A DNA stretch of 64,000 nt from the human T2T-CHM13v2.0 reference genome, Homo sapiens (GCF_009914755.1 NC_060927.1); one strand, 5' to 3'; shown: positions 12,755 to 27,849, counted from the first letter of the stretch. Translations and numbers: made by a program. The notes: a model not told the origin generated them from the sequence alone.

Positions 12755-13149
12755 TCCTGGAGGAATTTCATGATTGTTTATTCTTATTCTTTTTGTTCAT
12801 ATCTATTGTACTTCTTCCCAGGGGCTTGCTGGTCACCACTTCCTCGCCTGGAACCGTATTTCAGGGGTTCAGGGCATATGAATAATCAAATTAACAAAAT
12901 ACACAGGCCCTCAGAACCACTTATGTCTAGACCAGGAAAGCTAAAGGGTGTCTGGCGCAGAAGTTGTTTTCTAAGCTGTGTCCACAGCCCTCAGCTCATC
13001 TGTGTCATTTTTCAATCTGTTAGAGCTGTGGTCTGAGTGTGGCTGTGGTGGTCTCTGTGTGGTTTAGTTCCCCTGGGAGCCCACTGATTACAGGACTACT
13101 TGAGGATGGGCTAAGTTTTTCTTGGAGTACTTTAATAAATTAATACCTA

Positions 13150-14260
13150 GACTGGGGGAAAATATTTTCAGCATATGTAACAAACCAAGTATTAGCATGC
13201 AGAACATATAAAGAAATTCTGCAAATCAAATGACTCAATATAAAAATAGCCAAAGGTTATGAAAAGGGAATTCACCTAGGAGGAAACCTTAATGACTAAT
13301 AAGCATATGAAAATATTTTTGTTCCCATTATAACTAGAGAAATTCAAATTAAAACATTAAAGCATGATCATTTCTTGCTTTCTAGAGGAATAAACATTTA
13401 AGACATTAATTGATGGCATGAGTGGGGAGAAATGGGTACTCTCATTCATGGACAGGAATAGAAATTGGAGGTCAATTTTGCATTACTGCTATATCTGAGA
13501 TATCTAATTCCTACATCTGTGGAATTCTGTTTCCTGGTATCTACTCTACAGAAACACTTACATGGATGCATAAAGACGCATGTTTAGGGAAATTTATTGA
13601 ACTATTCATTATTAGCAATAGCAAAAAATTGTTGATAATCTAAATGTGCATCAATAACATTTCTTGGTTACTTGTAATGTCACAGATCCTGTTATAAGTG
13701 CTTTTCATATGCATAAGAACTCTCTGATGTAGGTACCATCCTAACTCCCATTTTAGAGATGCAGAAACTAAGGCACAGATAGGTTAAGTATCTTGCTCAA
13801 GGTCACTCAGCTGGGACAGAGACGTGAACCCCTGTAGTCCAGCTGCATAGGAAAAACTCTTAACTATTTCAACCTACCACATCTAGACAACTAGAATGAG
13901 GTGGTCTCCCTGTGTTGGTGTGAAGAGATCTCTAAGAAGTATTGATAAATGAAAAAAGCAAGTTGCACAGTGAGTCATATAGTTTAACACCATCTATGTA
14001 AAAAAAAAAAAAAAAAAAAACCCTAAACACTTACATACTTTATGGGGACTCACGTATGCATGTAAATCCGGTGAAAAGTTCTAGAAGGTGCCACAACAAA
14101 CCACTTACTCAGGGTTATCTCTGAAAAGGGAAAGGGAGTGGCTCTGGAGATCATAGGGGTGGTACAAAGAGCGTTTTTACTTTTATTTGCCATCAGGTTT
14201 TTTCTTTTTTTGGAAGGATTAGATGTTAATGTATTATTTTGTAATTAACATTAATTTTAA
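13150..14260 (+). mobile_element. Old L1 (L1ME-like) fragment interrupted by MIR
   Basis: L1 ORF2-end motifs (aagcatatgaaaatat; ctagagaaattcaaattaaaac). Confidence 0.7.
13660..13870 (-). mobile_element. MIR SINE
   Basis: cccattttagagatgcagaaactaaggcacagataggttaagtatcttgctcaaggtcac. Confidence 0.8.
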
Positions 14261-15219
14261 AACATTAATTCATGATATCAGTTCTTAGTCCTGCACTGAC
14301 GGCTCTGCTCCCTGGAAAGAACTGAGACATCTACTGCATTCCCTTTTGGCCAAATCCTTCCCTTCCTGCTCCATCTGGCATTTGCACAGAGCCATCCTCT
14401 GAGCACATTTCCTTTCCTTTGTCATTCTCATCATCATCACGATTTGCTTATGTTTTGTTAAGGTGTTATTTATTAGCCCTGTGATGGTTGCTTATGAATG
14501 TTACTGTTACAATTGAGAAGAACGTGAAAACTTTCATTTGAGAGAGGCTAGGGGTCTAGTGGCTACTGCATACTTTAAAGTAGTTGATGGAGGGGGAAGG
14601 AGAATATTTAGGAAGATCCTTACGTTCTTGAAATTATCTATCCTCTGGTAGGTCTAATATAAAATCTTCAATTTTCCTGGTAACTCAAAATGATTTTGCC
14701 TCTTACATCAAGTCCCTCCTGGTTAATCACTTGTCCTCCCATTTCCCTCTACCTGTGCCCAAACCACTTCTATAATCAAATGAACATAGACATGTAAGAA
14801 GAAATGGAATTTATAATTGATTTTTATTTATTGTATATGCAGATGTACTAAGTAATGCCTAGAGCATATAGACAGCAGATTTAAATAGTTCCTTTTCATT
14901 TTTAGGCTGAAACCAGATGGCCAGTTCTACTTGCTATTGCATCTAGCACATTCTGATTGGCTGACCTGGAAAAGGACATGCTTGCAGCATATCCCAGCCC
15001 TGTCCTTTCCTCCTCCACACTTACATCAAAGTCTCACAAAAAACATTTTCCCCACCAAAAGCATGTTTGTCCTCTAGGATTCAAATTTCAGGGATTCTTT
15101 TTCTGCTTGACCTCCAGAATACAGTGAAAATTAAAAAAAAAAAAAGATATTATATTCTGTGTGACCCCAATGAACACAGCCTTGCTTCTATATTCCTTAT
15201 GTAGTCATTATAAGGCGGA

Positions 15220-15807
15220 ATTGTAGACCTATGAGAGTGAAAACAATAAAACTTCTAGAAGAAAATATAGGAGAAAAATTTTGTGATCTTGGGTGGGGCA
15301 AAGAGTTCCTAGCTACTATATCAAAAGCATGATCCTTAAAGGAAAAAAAAAAAAAAAACAGATAAATTGAACTTTATCAAACTTGAAAACTTTTGTGCTT
15401 CAAAAGATGCCACTAAGACAATGATTGGATAAGCCACACACTGGGAGAAAATATTTGCAAATCATATATCTGACAAAGGACTTTATGCAGAATACATATA
15501 ACAAAGTGCTACAAGTTGTAACAAAACAAACAACCCAATTGTAAAATGACAAAATATTTGATAGACATTTTACCAAAAAAGAAATATAAATGGCTAATAA
15601 GCATATTAAAATGCTCAATATCATTAGTCATTTGAGAAATGCAAATTAAAATCAATGATATACTTCTGTACACCTATAGAATGGCCTTAATTAAAAAGAC
15701 CAACAGACATTACCAAATGTTGGGGAGGATGTGTATGGAGAAACTAGAAACTTCATGCACTGCTGGTGGGAATGTTAAATGGTACAGCTATTCTGGAAGC
15801 AGATAGC

Positions 15808-15839
<32 letters not shown>

Positions 15840-16390
15840 ACCTTCTGTACCACTCAGCAATTCCGGTTCTAGGAATCTGTGCAAGAGAAAATGTAATGTC
15901 CACACAAAGACATGTATACAAATGTTCACAGTAGCGTTATTTATAATGACCCCAAACTGGAAACAACCTAAAAGTTCAACTGGCGAGTAGACAACAAAAT
16001 ATTGTGTATCAATACAGTGGAATGTTACTTAACAAGAAAAAGAAATAAAGTACTGATACTTGCCACAACATGAATAGACCTCAATAAAAGTGCTAAGTGA
16101 AAGAATTCAGATGTAAAAGATTACATATTGCATGATTCCATTTATATGAAGTGTCCAGAAGAGGCAAATTGATACAGACAGAAGGCAGATCAGAGGTTGC
16201 TTAGGGTTGGGGGTGAGAGCAGTGATTAATTGGAAACAGGCATGAGGGAGCTTTTTGGGGGAATGGAAATGCTCTAAAATTAGAGTGTGGTTTTTACTCT
16301 ATAAATTTACTAAAAATGAGTGGATTGTATACTTACAACTGGTGAATTTTATGGTATGCAAATTACACTTCAATAAAGCCGTTTAAAAAC
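15220..16390 (+). mobile_element. L1MB-like 3' end
   Basis: aaacttctagaagaaaatataggagaaaa through aattacacttcaataaagc terminus. Confidence 0.85.
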
Positions 16391-16401
16391 AAACGACTAA
16401 T

Positions 16402-16775
<374 letters not shown>

Positions 16776-18399
16776 CTAATAGCATCCCCATGTGCTTGAC
16801 CTGGGCAGGGTCATTTGATCTATCACTCTAATACTATCTTTGTTATTTGCTAGCCACATTAACCAAGACCTTTTGTGCTCAGGGAAGTTCATTATTCACT
16901 TCAGGGATTGACCAGTATTCTGTATCATTTTCAAGACAGAGTACTGAAATAGTAAAGGGCAGATCAGATAACAAAGATGCCTACTCTTTCATATAATGGT
17001 TACAATTCCGAGAAAATTCAACTTGCTGGAAAAATAGTTGCCAACCTATATAGTTATTTAAAGAGGTCTGGATAAGTGCTGTTGACATTTTTGTAGACAA
17101 ATACTTCCTTCTCCTCACCCATGGCTGAAATTCTTCTTTCAGATTAATTTGGCCATGTTTACACCCTCCTATCATTGAGAAGAGGGGCTTAGCAAGCAGG
17201 ATAGGGGAGTCAACACAGATTCTAAGAGGAGCCGGAAGTCATAGATTCGAATTCCAACTCCAATAATCCATTGAAGTAATATGCAACAGTGTCTGTGGAT
17301 TCATAGAGTTCTCTATGCATATTAGCTGTTATTATTATAATTCAATAACTCTACAGTGTTTTAAAAAAAGTTTTAAATGATGGTTTATTTTAAAATCAGA
17401 GTCTGTGTTGAATTATTACCAGTACACATTTATGTTTACCACAATTTCGAATTGAACTTATTATCCTCTCTCCCAAACTTTTAGCTTGCCCACTTGTTTA
17501 AAGACCTTTCTTAAGTCCTTGAGGCTAAAATTCATCCCCAAATCTTGCCTATTTGCCTTTTGACATATTCCCCGGGTTCTCTTCTTTGCTCCATGTCATC
17601 AGCAGCTGAGTTTATGTCAGCAACCTTTTGTCTTGCTTCTCCCTTTTATTATCCTTCAGATTATGTACCGACCCATCATTTTTTCCCGTCTAAAACATGC
17701 AGTGGCTCACTAGCACCTCTTCTTTTACTGTCCAATCTCACCCAGTAGGTTCTCATCTCATGTTTCCCCAACATAGATCCCCTTCTCCAGTGAGATTACC
17801 CCCTTTCCTGTCCACTCATTCTTGCCTCAATCTTAGTTTATGTGAGGAAGACCCTCACTTATTTTTGAATATTTTCTTCAAGCAGCATCTCAAGACTGTT
17901 TTTGTAAATGGTGAATTAGAAGGAGGGTTGTCCTTGGTGCCTCTGTGCTCCTCAGTCTGCCCATTTTCATAGACACCCAATGCCCCATCAATCTGGGTTT
18001 CCACTGAGGCTTCCCCCAAGTGGGCTTCAAACTGATCCCTTCCCTTGACCAGTCAATCTACATTTCCATTTTCTCCATTTTCAGATCGTTTAGGAACTTG
18101 ACTTGATAAACTAATTCATATTATGAAATAAACAAATCCACACATTTGATCCCTGTCATGAGTATCTCATTTTAAAATGGGGTAACCTGAGACATAATGC
18201 AATAGCCCAACAATTACTAACAATAGAGAATGTGACACAAATGGAAAGGGACATATAATGGAGGTGAGGGGAGTACACAGGAACATTATCCCAAAGTCCT
18301 TGACATCACTCTTTGTAAGCTCCCACTCACTCTCCCTGCTAAAACGTTCCCTTACCCCTCTGTGATATGTGTCCCAAGTCTTCCCTTGCACAGCATTCC

Positions 18400-18625
18400 T
18401 GGAGGCACACAGATTTAGGAGTTGAAAGACCTGGATCTCAGTCCTGGCTCATCTATTGATTAGATGTGTGACTTTGGGCAAGTCACTCAAACTCTCTGGG
18501 CCTCAGTTTTCTCATCTGTACACTGGGGATCATAATATTTGGCTTGTGGAGTGGTTGTGAGGGTCAGATGAAATACGATATGCAAAGTACCTAGTAACAG
18601 TGTCTAGCACGTAGTAAGAAGTAAA
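18400..18625 (+). mobile_element. MIR SINE
   Basis: tgtgtgactttgggcaagtcactcaaactctctgggcctcagttttctcatctgta. Confidence 0.85.
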
Positions 18626-19244
18626 TACAGAGGTAACAGATCACCATATGAAGCCCCGCCTTTGACTAATGCCACGAATGCATGCTGCATCTCCTCAAAC
18701 TGTTCTCAAAGACAGAGACTTATCTTTCCTTATGCTTTGTTCAAAATTACAGTGGTTCTCTTATTTGTGTGTGTGTAGTTATATATATATTTATTTTTCC
18801 CCATATCATTTCATAAGATATTCCATAAGGCTTTTGTCTTTAAATGAAGCATTTTTTTAAAATAATTAACTTCTAGTTTACTTTTAGCTTTTAGGTGGTG
18901 TAAATCTATATAAAAAGTCAAAGCTCAAGAGGTCACTTAGTCTACCTCAAAATACCATTGCCTAGATTTTTTTTTAACTGAAAAGATCTCTAGTAACATA
19001 CTACATCAAAATAGACTTTTATGAAGTCAGAGTGCTTCTACATACATTCTTGTTGCAATCTAAATGCTTTCTTCTCTTTTGTGAAAAAGTATTCAATCTT
19101 TCTAAATAGCTGAGTAATTTAGCCAGCAATCTTTTCCTGTGGCAAATGCTAAGTAGGTCTCATATTCTAACCAATATGTAATATGAGTCTTTAGGATTGA
19201 AAAATAAAGAAATGTTCACTAGCAATATATTATATGCATAGGAT

Positions 19245-19450
19245 GATGTGGTAGTTAAGAGCATAATTTTAGGTTCAGTTAGAAGCTCAGCTTTTGCTTC
19301 CTTAGATACCTTGAGCTCCCTTAGCCTTTTTCCTCATCTGAAAATGGGATAATACTTGAACCTACTGCACAGAGTTAAAATGAGGGTAAATGGAAATAAT
19401 CAATACGAAGTGATTAGCATGGTGTCTGCCACACAGTAAGTTCTTAACTG
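19245..19450 (+). mobile_element. MIR SINE
   Basis: gtggtagttaagagc...tcctcatctgaaaatgggataat. Confidence 0.7.
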
Positions 19451-19649
19451 TTACTCTGTTGATAAAGTTATCATTTTAATAGCCCAGCTGTTCTACTGGA
19501 TACTCTCAAATGCATTCTACTTATGGACCTAGAAATTTCCATATTCCAGAGGTCTACAGGAAAAGGCAAGTTATACAAAAGCCTACATTTTTCTGATTCC
19601 TTGTTCACTCATTCTGAGGACATTTGAGTTACATCTTTTTAAAAAACTT

Positions 19650-19840
19650 TTCTTTTTAGTTTTATGGATACATAATAATTGTACATATTTTGGGAGGTAC
19701 GTGTGATATTTTGATACAAGCCTACAATATGTAATGATCAAATCAGAGTAACTGGGATTTCCATCACCTCAAACATTTATCATTTCTTTGCATTGGGAAT
19801 ATTCCAAATTCACTTTTCTAGTTATTTTTAAATATATATT
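19650..19840 (-). mobile_element. L1MA-like 3' end
   Basis: gatacataataattgtacatattttggg...catcacctcaaacatttatcatttctttg. Confidence 0.8.
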
Positions 19841-20450
19841 ATTTTAAAATTATAGTAAAATATGCATAACATAGAGTTTTCCTTCTTAATTGTTTTGAAG
19901 TGTACAGTTAAGTGGCGTTAAGTACATTGACATGGTTGTGCAACCAACCTCCGAAACTTTTTTTTGTCTTGTAAAACTGAAACTCTGTACCCACGAAACA
20001 CAACCTTCTCATTCCCTTCTCCCTCCATCCCCTGGCAACCACCATTCTACTTTCTGTCTCTATGAATTTGACTAATACAGGTAGCTCATATAAGTTGCAT
20101 TATACACTATTGGTCCTTTTGTGACTGGTTTATTTTACTTAGCATAATGTCCTCAAGATTCATCCATGTTGCAGCGTGTGTCAGAATTGCCTTCCTATTA
20201 AAGGCTGAATACTATGCCATTGTGCATATATATCACATTTTGTTTATCCATTTATCTGCCAATGGACACTTGGGTTGCTTCCACCTCTTGGCTATTGTGA
20301 ATAATGCTGCTATCAGCATGAGTGTACAAATACTTGCTCAAGACCCTGTTTTCAGTTATTTTGGGTATATCCCCAGAAGTGGAATTGCTGGATCATATGG
20401 TGATTCTATTTTTAATTTTTTGAGGATCTGACATATTGTTTTCCATAGTG
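19841..20450 (-). mobile_element. L1MB-like 3' end
   Basis: aagtgtacagttaagtggcgttaagtacatt...gaagtggaattgctggatcatatgg. Confidence 0.85.
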
Positions 20451-20825
20451 TGAACCACCCTTTTAAGGGTCCTTCTCAAGTTCACACAGAGGCCATGACA
20501 TGCAGCTTCACAGCTGTCCCATCTCCTCTCTTGTTCTGCTTACACAGAGATACCTGCTGTGCAGCTACTATGTGCCAAAGTTTCCCCTGCCCTATTGCTG
20601 ACCTTGATGTCTGCCAATATCCTTGACATCTGCCTGATATTCTGTGAGTTAGTGTTGTCTGCACCTTGGGTGGTATCTCTTGTCACAGCCAAGGCTGCCT
20701 CTAACAATTAAGGTTTATTGAGGGACCATTGTGTGACAGGGGCTGGGCCAAGTACTTTGCTGCATTATCTCATTTAGTTCTCACCACGACCTGTTAGACT
20801 GGGCCAGGATACTGGCTCCTTGGAC

Positions 20826-21152
20826 CAGTGTGGTTCTTACACTTGGATGCACATGAGATTCAAGAGAAGGAGGAACTTAAAAAATCCCAATGCCCGGCAG
20901 AGGCCCCAGGCTAATTAAATCGGAATCTTTGGAAAGTTTTTACAAAGATCAACAGCTGATTCAAATTTATAGCCAGCTTTCAGAAACAGGGATTTTAGAT
21001 CCTTGTTCGAAGTGTGGTCCGGCAGATTGACACTGGGAGCTGATCAGAAATGCAAACTCTTGAGCAACACCCCAAACTTACTGAATCAGAACCCACATTT
21101 TAACAAGAGCCCCCCCTAGTTTCGTATGCACATTGAAGTTTGAGAAGCACTG
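20826..21152. mobile_element. Two adjacent MER5-family MITEs (MER5A1-like, then MER5B-like 21001-21152)
   Basis: aattaaatcggaatct; aagtgtggtcc...ctgaatcagaa...aagtttgagaagcactg. Confidence 0.7.
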
Positions 21153-23519
21153 CCTTAGACCACAGAACATTTAACTCAGACAAATAAATCCAGCAAAGCA
21201 ATAAAACTTTCACCTGAGGGTCTCCAAGTGATTCCTAATCATTAGCTAATTCATCTTCCTAACAGGACACTACACCTATTTTAGAGATGCATAAAGAAAG
21301 GCATATTTGTAATTTTAATTATTTGATTATCTCTCATTGTTGAATATTCTAATTTCCAGGCTGAAGCATTATGACTCATTAAATTATTCCCTCCCTTATA
21401 ATCCCTAAACCAATTTCTAAAGTAAAAATCAAATGCAGTAAGCAACCAAATGAAGGCAAGACACACATCTATAGAGAGAAAAAAAATTCCTTTTTACCCC
21501 TAGGGCCAGTTCTTGCCTTTTTTTTTTCCTGTTATCTCTTCTGTGTATCCCATAACTACCAAAAATGTTTCCTTTCAGATTTTTTGCAAGCATTTACTTG
21601 TAGAGTCCTATTTGCAGAGCCTCAGCTTCTCCCAAGAATTTAGCACATCACATGTATGTAGATCCTATTTTCTTAGCACTCTCCTAACCTTTCCAGCTTT
21701 ATACTAAAACAACAAATTAGCATTCACCTTTGCCAAAACCACAAATATTTGTACAATTAAGCAGCAAGCTTTGTAGTTAGAGAGAAGAGAGTTCCTTTGC
21801 ATTTTGTGGCGCCTAGCAGACATTTTTGGGGGGTTGGGGGGTTGGGCTAGATCAAGTCAGATTAGCAGTATCAGATAAATAGGGCCACTGTCAAGACATT
21901 TAACAATGCATTGAAGCAGTCTGTGTAAAGGATGTATAATTCAACAGCTTTGATATGTGGAAGTTCTCAATAGCTCCCAGGGAGGTGGCCTGTAGAGAAA
22001 TTCATCAGTAAGTCATTGGAACAAGAGGTTTTACTGGATTTTGGAAAGTGAACAATCAGGGAATATGCCTGAGACAAAACTCGAAGCTCCAGAGGGTAAA
22101 CAAGGTGAAGGCTTTCTGACCCCAGATCCTATTAGACTTCTTTATTTCCAGAGGTATTGTGAACTAATCTTCTGTAAATGATCTATGCCCACTCTATTCA
22201 TGGCTGCATCCTGACCAGGCCACCTTTGGTTTCTGGGCCCCCTGGCCAGTCACAATGCAAAAAACAGGCCAGAGTTCAATGGAAGCCAGATCCCATGCCT
22301 GGAGCAGATATGGTATTTAGCATCGGTTTCCTATTCTCATTCCAACAGTAACTGTTTGTTTGCCTCATTCCTTTTGGAGAGGTGGAGTGTATTATCCTTA
22401 AGATGAATGTCTCTATTTTAAAACAGGTCTTTGTGAACAAAACCTCACCTCTTTTGAAGGGAAAGCACAGAGGGGAGGCTGGAGCAGAGTAGAAGTTTGA
22501 GTGGGGGAGAAGAGTGTACTTACTGTTAGCTGTACCTTTGGAGGTAAGAACCTATTGGAAATACAGTCCAAAATCTAAACAGTATGTATAGTTGTATTTA
22601 GAGGACTCTGGTATCATAGTTTACTTGGGCCAGAGGCAAAGATGTCCATGTAATAACATATGGAAATGGAAAAAGGAAAAAATTCAACCAAAGAGAAGCA
22701 TTTTGAAATTTGAATGCAAGTCAGCCAGGCCCATCCTGAAATATCATCAGGCTTGCAAGCTTTAGAGAACAAGGTTGTTCAGTTTACTTCGACCAGCCAG
22801 AATGAGCAAAATCCACCTCTATTTCTTTTAGTCCTCACCAATCTTTCAGACTCCCTTCATTACCAAAAGAAAGGAATGGAAGTTTCCTTCCCACAGTAAA
22901 AACATTCAGATTCCCCAATGGACAGCTGGTGGGAATCCGACTGGTGTTTCCCAAGCCTCCTTTGCTTAGCAAACTTGGTGACAATCCTGTATTCCTAGAG
23001 GAAGAGAAACCATTACATTAAGGATTTTCTTAAGGATTTCTCATGACAATCTAGTGCAGGTTTTCATGAAAATAGTGCTTGTGGGTTTTCTAATAGCCCC
23101 TAATTTTTAAATATTCAATAACAAGGGAATATAGGAAGAATAAAATAGTCTCCCCTGATGTATTTGAAGTCACCCTTACCCTTCTTTTCAGTGGCTTGGC
23201 CACTGCCAATCAACTCTGCTGTGTACCTGATGGCTCTTTCCCCAGGGTGAGCTTGTGTCTCAGCTGGTTCCTTACCGGTCTTCCAGGAAGATCGTCTATC
23301 TTCTGATACAATAAACCCTGGCAGTACACACCACCAGTCCCCTAGAATGTCTAGCCTTTTACAATTTCTAGTTGTGAGCAGAGCTTCAACTCCAGCTGGG
23401 ACTCCCCAGTGCTTATCCAATGCAGAAACCAAAGAATCCAGTGGGCTGGACCCCAAGTATGCATACCTGCATGACCACAAATGACTGCATCGTGCATTCT
23501 CCAGGGTATAAATATGATA

Positions 23520-23790
23520 GTATTAGTAAAAGACTGATAGCCAACATTTCTTGAATCCTTAATACATACCAGTTTGATTACAGGTGTATTGAATTCATTG
23601 ATTACAAGTGTATCATATATTTAAACTCATAGAAATTAAGTGGTTATTATTATTGCTTTTTAGTAAGGGGGAAACTGAGGTATAGAGAAGCTAAACAACT
23701 TGCTCAAGGTCTCACCACCAGGAAGTGGCAGGGCTAGGATTTGAACCAACTACTTCAGAACCAGAGCCTGCCCTTTAATCACTGTGATAT
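23520..23790 (-). mobile_element. MIR SINE
   Basis: gaaactgaggtatagagaag...cttgctcaaggtc...ggatttgaacc. Confidence 0.8.
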
Positions 23791-25049
23791 TCTGAGGAAA
23801 ATCAAACATGTTATTTCAGATAATTGAAACAATTATACCTAAGTCCATTAACCCTGAAAATGGAGATTCCCCACTTTTTGCAAGGCTTTCAGCGAATTCC
23901 TAGAAGCAGTAGTCTCTGAGCAGTCCCTCAGTAGGTTGTCACAGGTGCTGAGTTTCACGTGTAGCACCCATCATATTAGATGTGTGTGACAGAAGCCAAA
24001 TTCAGTGCTCTACAGTGATAGAAATATCCTTTCAAAACGGAAGTACATCTCTCCCTAAGAGTCCTAAACCTTTATAAGGATTCTTCCTTATGTCATCACG
24101 AGGAGATTAGCAGTGAATGTCCCACTGCCTTTTATATCACTAGAAAGGAAAACTTTGCTGTAAAATAGTCACTCTCTCCTCAGTGGCGCACTCCTATGCT
24201 GCTTGTACATTTCCTGCTTCCCACAATTCATGGCAGAGCCCCTAAGTGCTTGGCAAAATTGTCCAAACATTGCAGTCATCCCTAATACCTACAAAGCAGC
24301 TAAAGAATAGAAAAGATCTATATAACTGACAGATTTGAGAGCAAAAAAGGTTACAGTCCTTTTTTGTTTGTTTGTTTTGTTTTAAATAAATCAAATTAAA
24401 TCTAGGTCTAGCTGTCACTCAAAATTATGATAGATCCATCAATGGTAAATTTTCCATGTCAAGGGCCGTCTTCCCCTGTCTTTGCTTATATAATATCTTA
24501 GCAGTTTACACAATCCAGAGTACTAAAGGAGGATTTAGGTTCTCAGGCCACAGTGTAGTTTTTTGCTCAAGCCTGAATGGATTATTTAAAATTCCAGCTC
24601 TGTTGTCATTCCGCTCCTTGCATACCAAGCTCAGCCTCTGCAAGGCCATGGTGCCTGAAGGCCCAGCCTACATGGGTACCATGCAGTCAACCTCATGTGG
24701 TGAGTCACATGACAATCCAGTTTCTGCCCCTTGTATTACAATTTTCTATCTTCCTTGCAGTCTCTAGAGTCATCCAGAGTCAGGCTAATGTTCTTATTAG
24801 TGTTTGAAATATACAGCCTCCTTTATGGCAGGATGGCAGAAACACCCTGATGGAGCTTCTCTCTATTCACATTGCTCTTTCTCCAGACACAAGCCTGCCC
24901 GCAGCATGGCTGGTTAAATGAACATAAGCTTCAGGGGCTATGCTCCTTGACCCACTCAGCTCAACCCCAGCTCTTCCTAATCTCATGGTGATTTCCCCCC
25001 GGGGACCTTCTTGCCTGACTCTAGGACCTAGAGTCACTAGTCAACATCT

Positions 25050-25210
25050 TTTCTAATTGCTTTGTATGTTTTAAATCACTTAATCCTCCACATAATCCTA
25101 TGAAGTAGGTACCATTATTACCTCCATTTGACAGATGCAAAAAACTGAGGCACACAAAGCTTTAGTAACTTTCACAAGATCAAACAGTGGTAGAACCATG
25201 ATTCAAATTC
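25050..25210 (-). mobile_element. MIR SINE
   Basis: taatcctccacataatcctatgaagtagg...aaactgaggcac. Confidence 0.8.
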
Positions 25211-26084
25211 TCTACTTGCTCTGAAATGTTATCATGTTAAATGTTGCATCTGAAATGTTACAAAACACAATGTTATCAACTTCCCACATCAATAGTCTAC
25301 CTTAGCAAGGGGAAGTCAATTCTTTAGGAACATAATGCTGGCCCTGACCAGAGAGAAAGGAGATACTGCGTTTCATCTCTGATGAAACTGTAGCAGAAAA
25401 AAATTCACCAGCACTGCAGTCTACTGAAGTCCTCAGAAAATTGTTGTTTTAGAGAAACAAATGTCTCTAAGGCCTAGATTCAGGCAAGACAGTCTCTGAG
25501 AATCACCATGAGAGTAGGAAGAGCTGGTGCTGAGTTGAGTGGTTCAAGGAGCATAGTCCCTGAAGCTTACGTTTAACCAGCGTGCTGCGGGCAGGCTTGC
25601 ATCCTGGAGAAAGAGCGAGGTGAATGAATATAAAGATCCCTAGCAAACATTTACTGGCAAATGTTTTAAGCTCGGTATTGTCCTGTCTTGCATCTTGAAA
25701 AGGACATGGCAGCCTGGGTACAAATATATATCAGCAGCAGCTACCACAACCAAGGCAGGAGGCTAAAGCTCACTATGGTGGGCCACACCATGGGCTGTGG
25801 TACCTGTGCTAGCAGCCGCAAGGAAAGCATCTGTTGGGGCTATCCCAGTTTTTGTTTTAATACCAGTCCATCGGCAATGATGGTAGCTCATTACAGAGCT
25901 ACTAGTTTCTGGGATCAGTGTAGCCCTTTTGGCTCAGTGGGTACATCTGAGTGATAGCTCTACTATTGCTGTGGAACCCGCAGGGCTGTTTATTATAGGA
26001 CACTTGTCAGCCTTGGAGTTTCCTTGACTCAACAATATAGTGGACTGGGAGAGACTTTTCATTAGAGGATTTTAGAAAAGAGGA

Positions 26085-26320
26085 CAAGACTTTGGAATCC
26101 AACAAGCTTGGATTCAAATTCTGACTCTGCCATTCCTTCACAACTTGTCCTTGGGGAGAAATTATTATAGTTCTCTGAGTTTCCATTTCTAACTTCTAAT
26201 ATTGAAATCATGTGACCTATCCCTGTGATTGTTGTCTGTATTTAGCGAGATAATGTTTTCTAATTCACTAGTTCAGTGACTGGTGTATCATCAATACCTG
26301 ATGAATAATAGAAGTATTAT
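26085..26320 (+). mobile_element. MIR SINE
   Basis: ctttggaatccaacaagcttggattcaaattctgactctgcca. Confidence 0.7.
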
Positions 26321-27849
26321 GATTATTATTTCTTAAATCTTCCTTAACTTTATTTCCTTATCCGTAAAAGGGTTTTGCCTCACGAAACTCTTGGGAAGAA
26401 TAATTTAAAATGATTATTAATTCAAAGTGCATTGAAGAGAGGGCATCCACACTATATAGATTTCTAAAGGCAAAATAAGCATAGTGTCTGTGTGCATTCT
26501 CTTCCTCAAATGCCCCATACATTGTTTTTCATGAGGTCTTGCTGCAGAATGATTCCATTTTCTCATTTTGTTGAAACTTTTTGAAAGTAGAAACACAGTG
26601 AAACCTTGTTATATACCCACATTTAACATTTCCCTGCTTGTAACGTTCCCAGTTCCTTGAAAAATGAGGACAACATGGTCTTCTGTGTGTCTTTTAGTCT
26701 TTAAAGGACTCTCCTCCCTGCCCTTGGCAGTAGTGATCTAGGACATGTCTTTTTATACAGTTATTTAGTGAAGATCTGCATCCTTTTTAACAACATTGGC
26801 CTCTCTACCATCGTGGGTTCTAGCTAACTTGGCAATCATGGGTATATTTTTCATTGTTCATGTGCAAGGCAGACGTGTTGGCAGTTTCCATTGCAGCTGC
26901 TCAACTTCAGGAAAGAAAGAAATGTGAAGGTCCGAGAGATATGCTTTAAGTAGACTTCCTTTTTTTCACTTTTGGGTTGAATCGTTGAAGAGCAACACTT
27001 ACAATTACATTTTGACTTTAATATTATCACAAAGAGGTAATTCTGGTTTTTTTTCAATTATTTGTGCTTCAGTGTAATTGTAATACTGCTGATCATTTGT
27101 TTGACTCATGCCACACAAACTTGACCTCTAGACATCTGTGCCAATAAAGGATTTAAACTTAAAGCAGAAGAATAGTTAATTAGTCTTCATTTATAACAAT
27201 CTGATGAGTTGGGTTAGCTTTGAAACGAAGAGGTTCAATTGCCAAAGAAGGATGCTAATTTTATACATTACACATGGAGAAGGTCCAGAAATAACCTTCT
27301 TACAACATGCTACTTGAAGCCAAGCATTTCAAATCCACTAAATTAAAAGGTATAAGCATCCATGGTCAAATTTAGAAAGCTACTAAAATCTCATGAACTC
27401 TTTTTGAAAGCCTATTTGGAGCAATGCTCTCCACTTGGCTTTTACTGAAGTCCAAATACATAGGTTAAAAATTATACAGTTTTCAATTTACATAAACTTA
27501 CTAAAGTTGCCCTGTCCTCCTTGGCTGTTAAGGAGATAATATTTTTTAGGGTTATAATTATTGCTGCTCACTCATTCTATATTCAAAAGTATTATGAGAA
27601 CCTACAGAATGGTGCTCCCTAGGGACTACTTTTCACTTGATAGTCTTTACACTCCAAACCCTATATGAAAAGGCCTTTAATAGACCACTGTGTCTGATAT
27701 GGGAGTCTAATTCAGTGAAACAAAATGGGATATAATGTGAACACAGACATACATAAAGATATGCATATCCTTGAGAAGAGAGAAGTTGCTAATCAAAGGA
27801 AGTTATGATATAAAAAGTAAAATCAATATATTTAATGAATAAAAATAAT

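Noticed and set aside
21828-21846. G6-TT-G6-TT-G3 as a G-quadruplex
   Set aside because: Only three separated G-tracts; not a canonical intramolecular G4.
23115-23480. 121-aa minus-strand ORF containing two GTAAGG donor-like sites
   Set aside because: Non-ATG start, no recognisable domain and no convincing exon definition.
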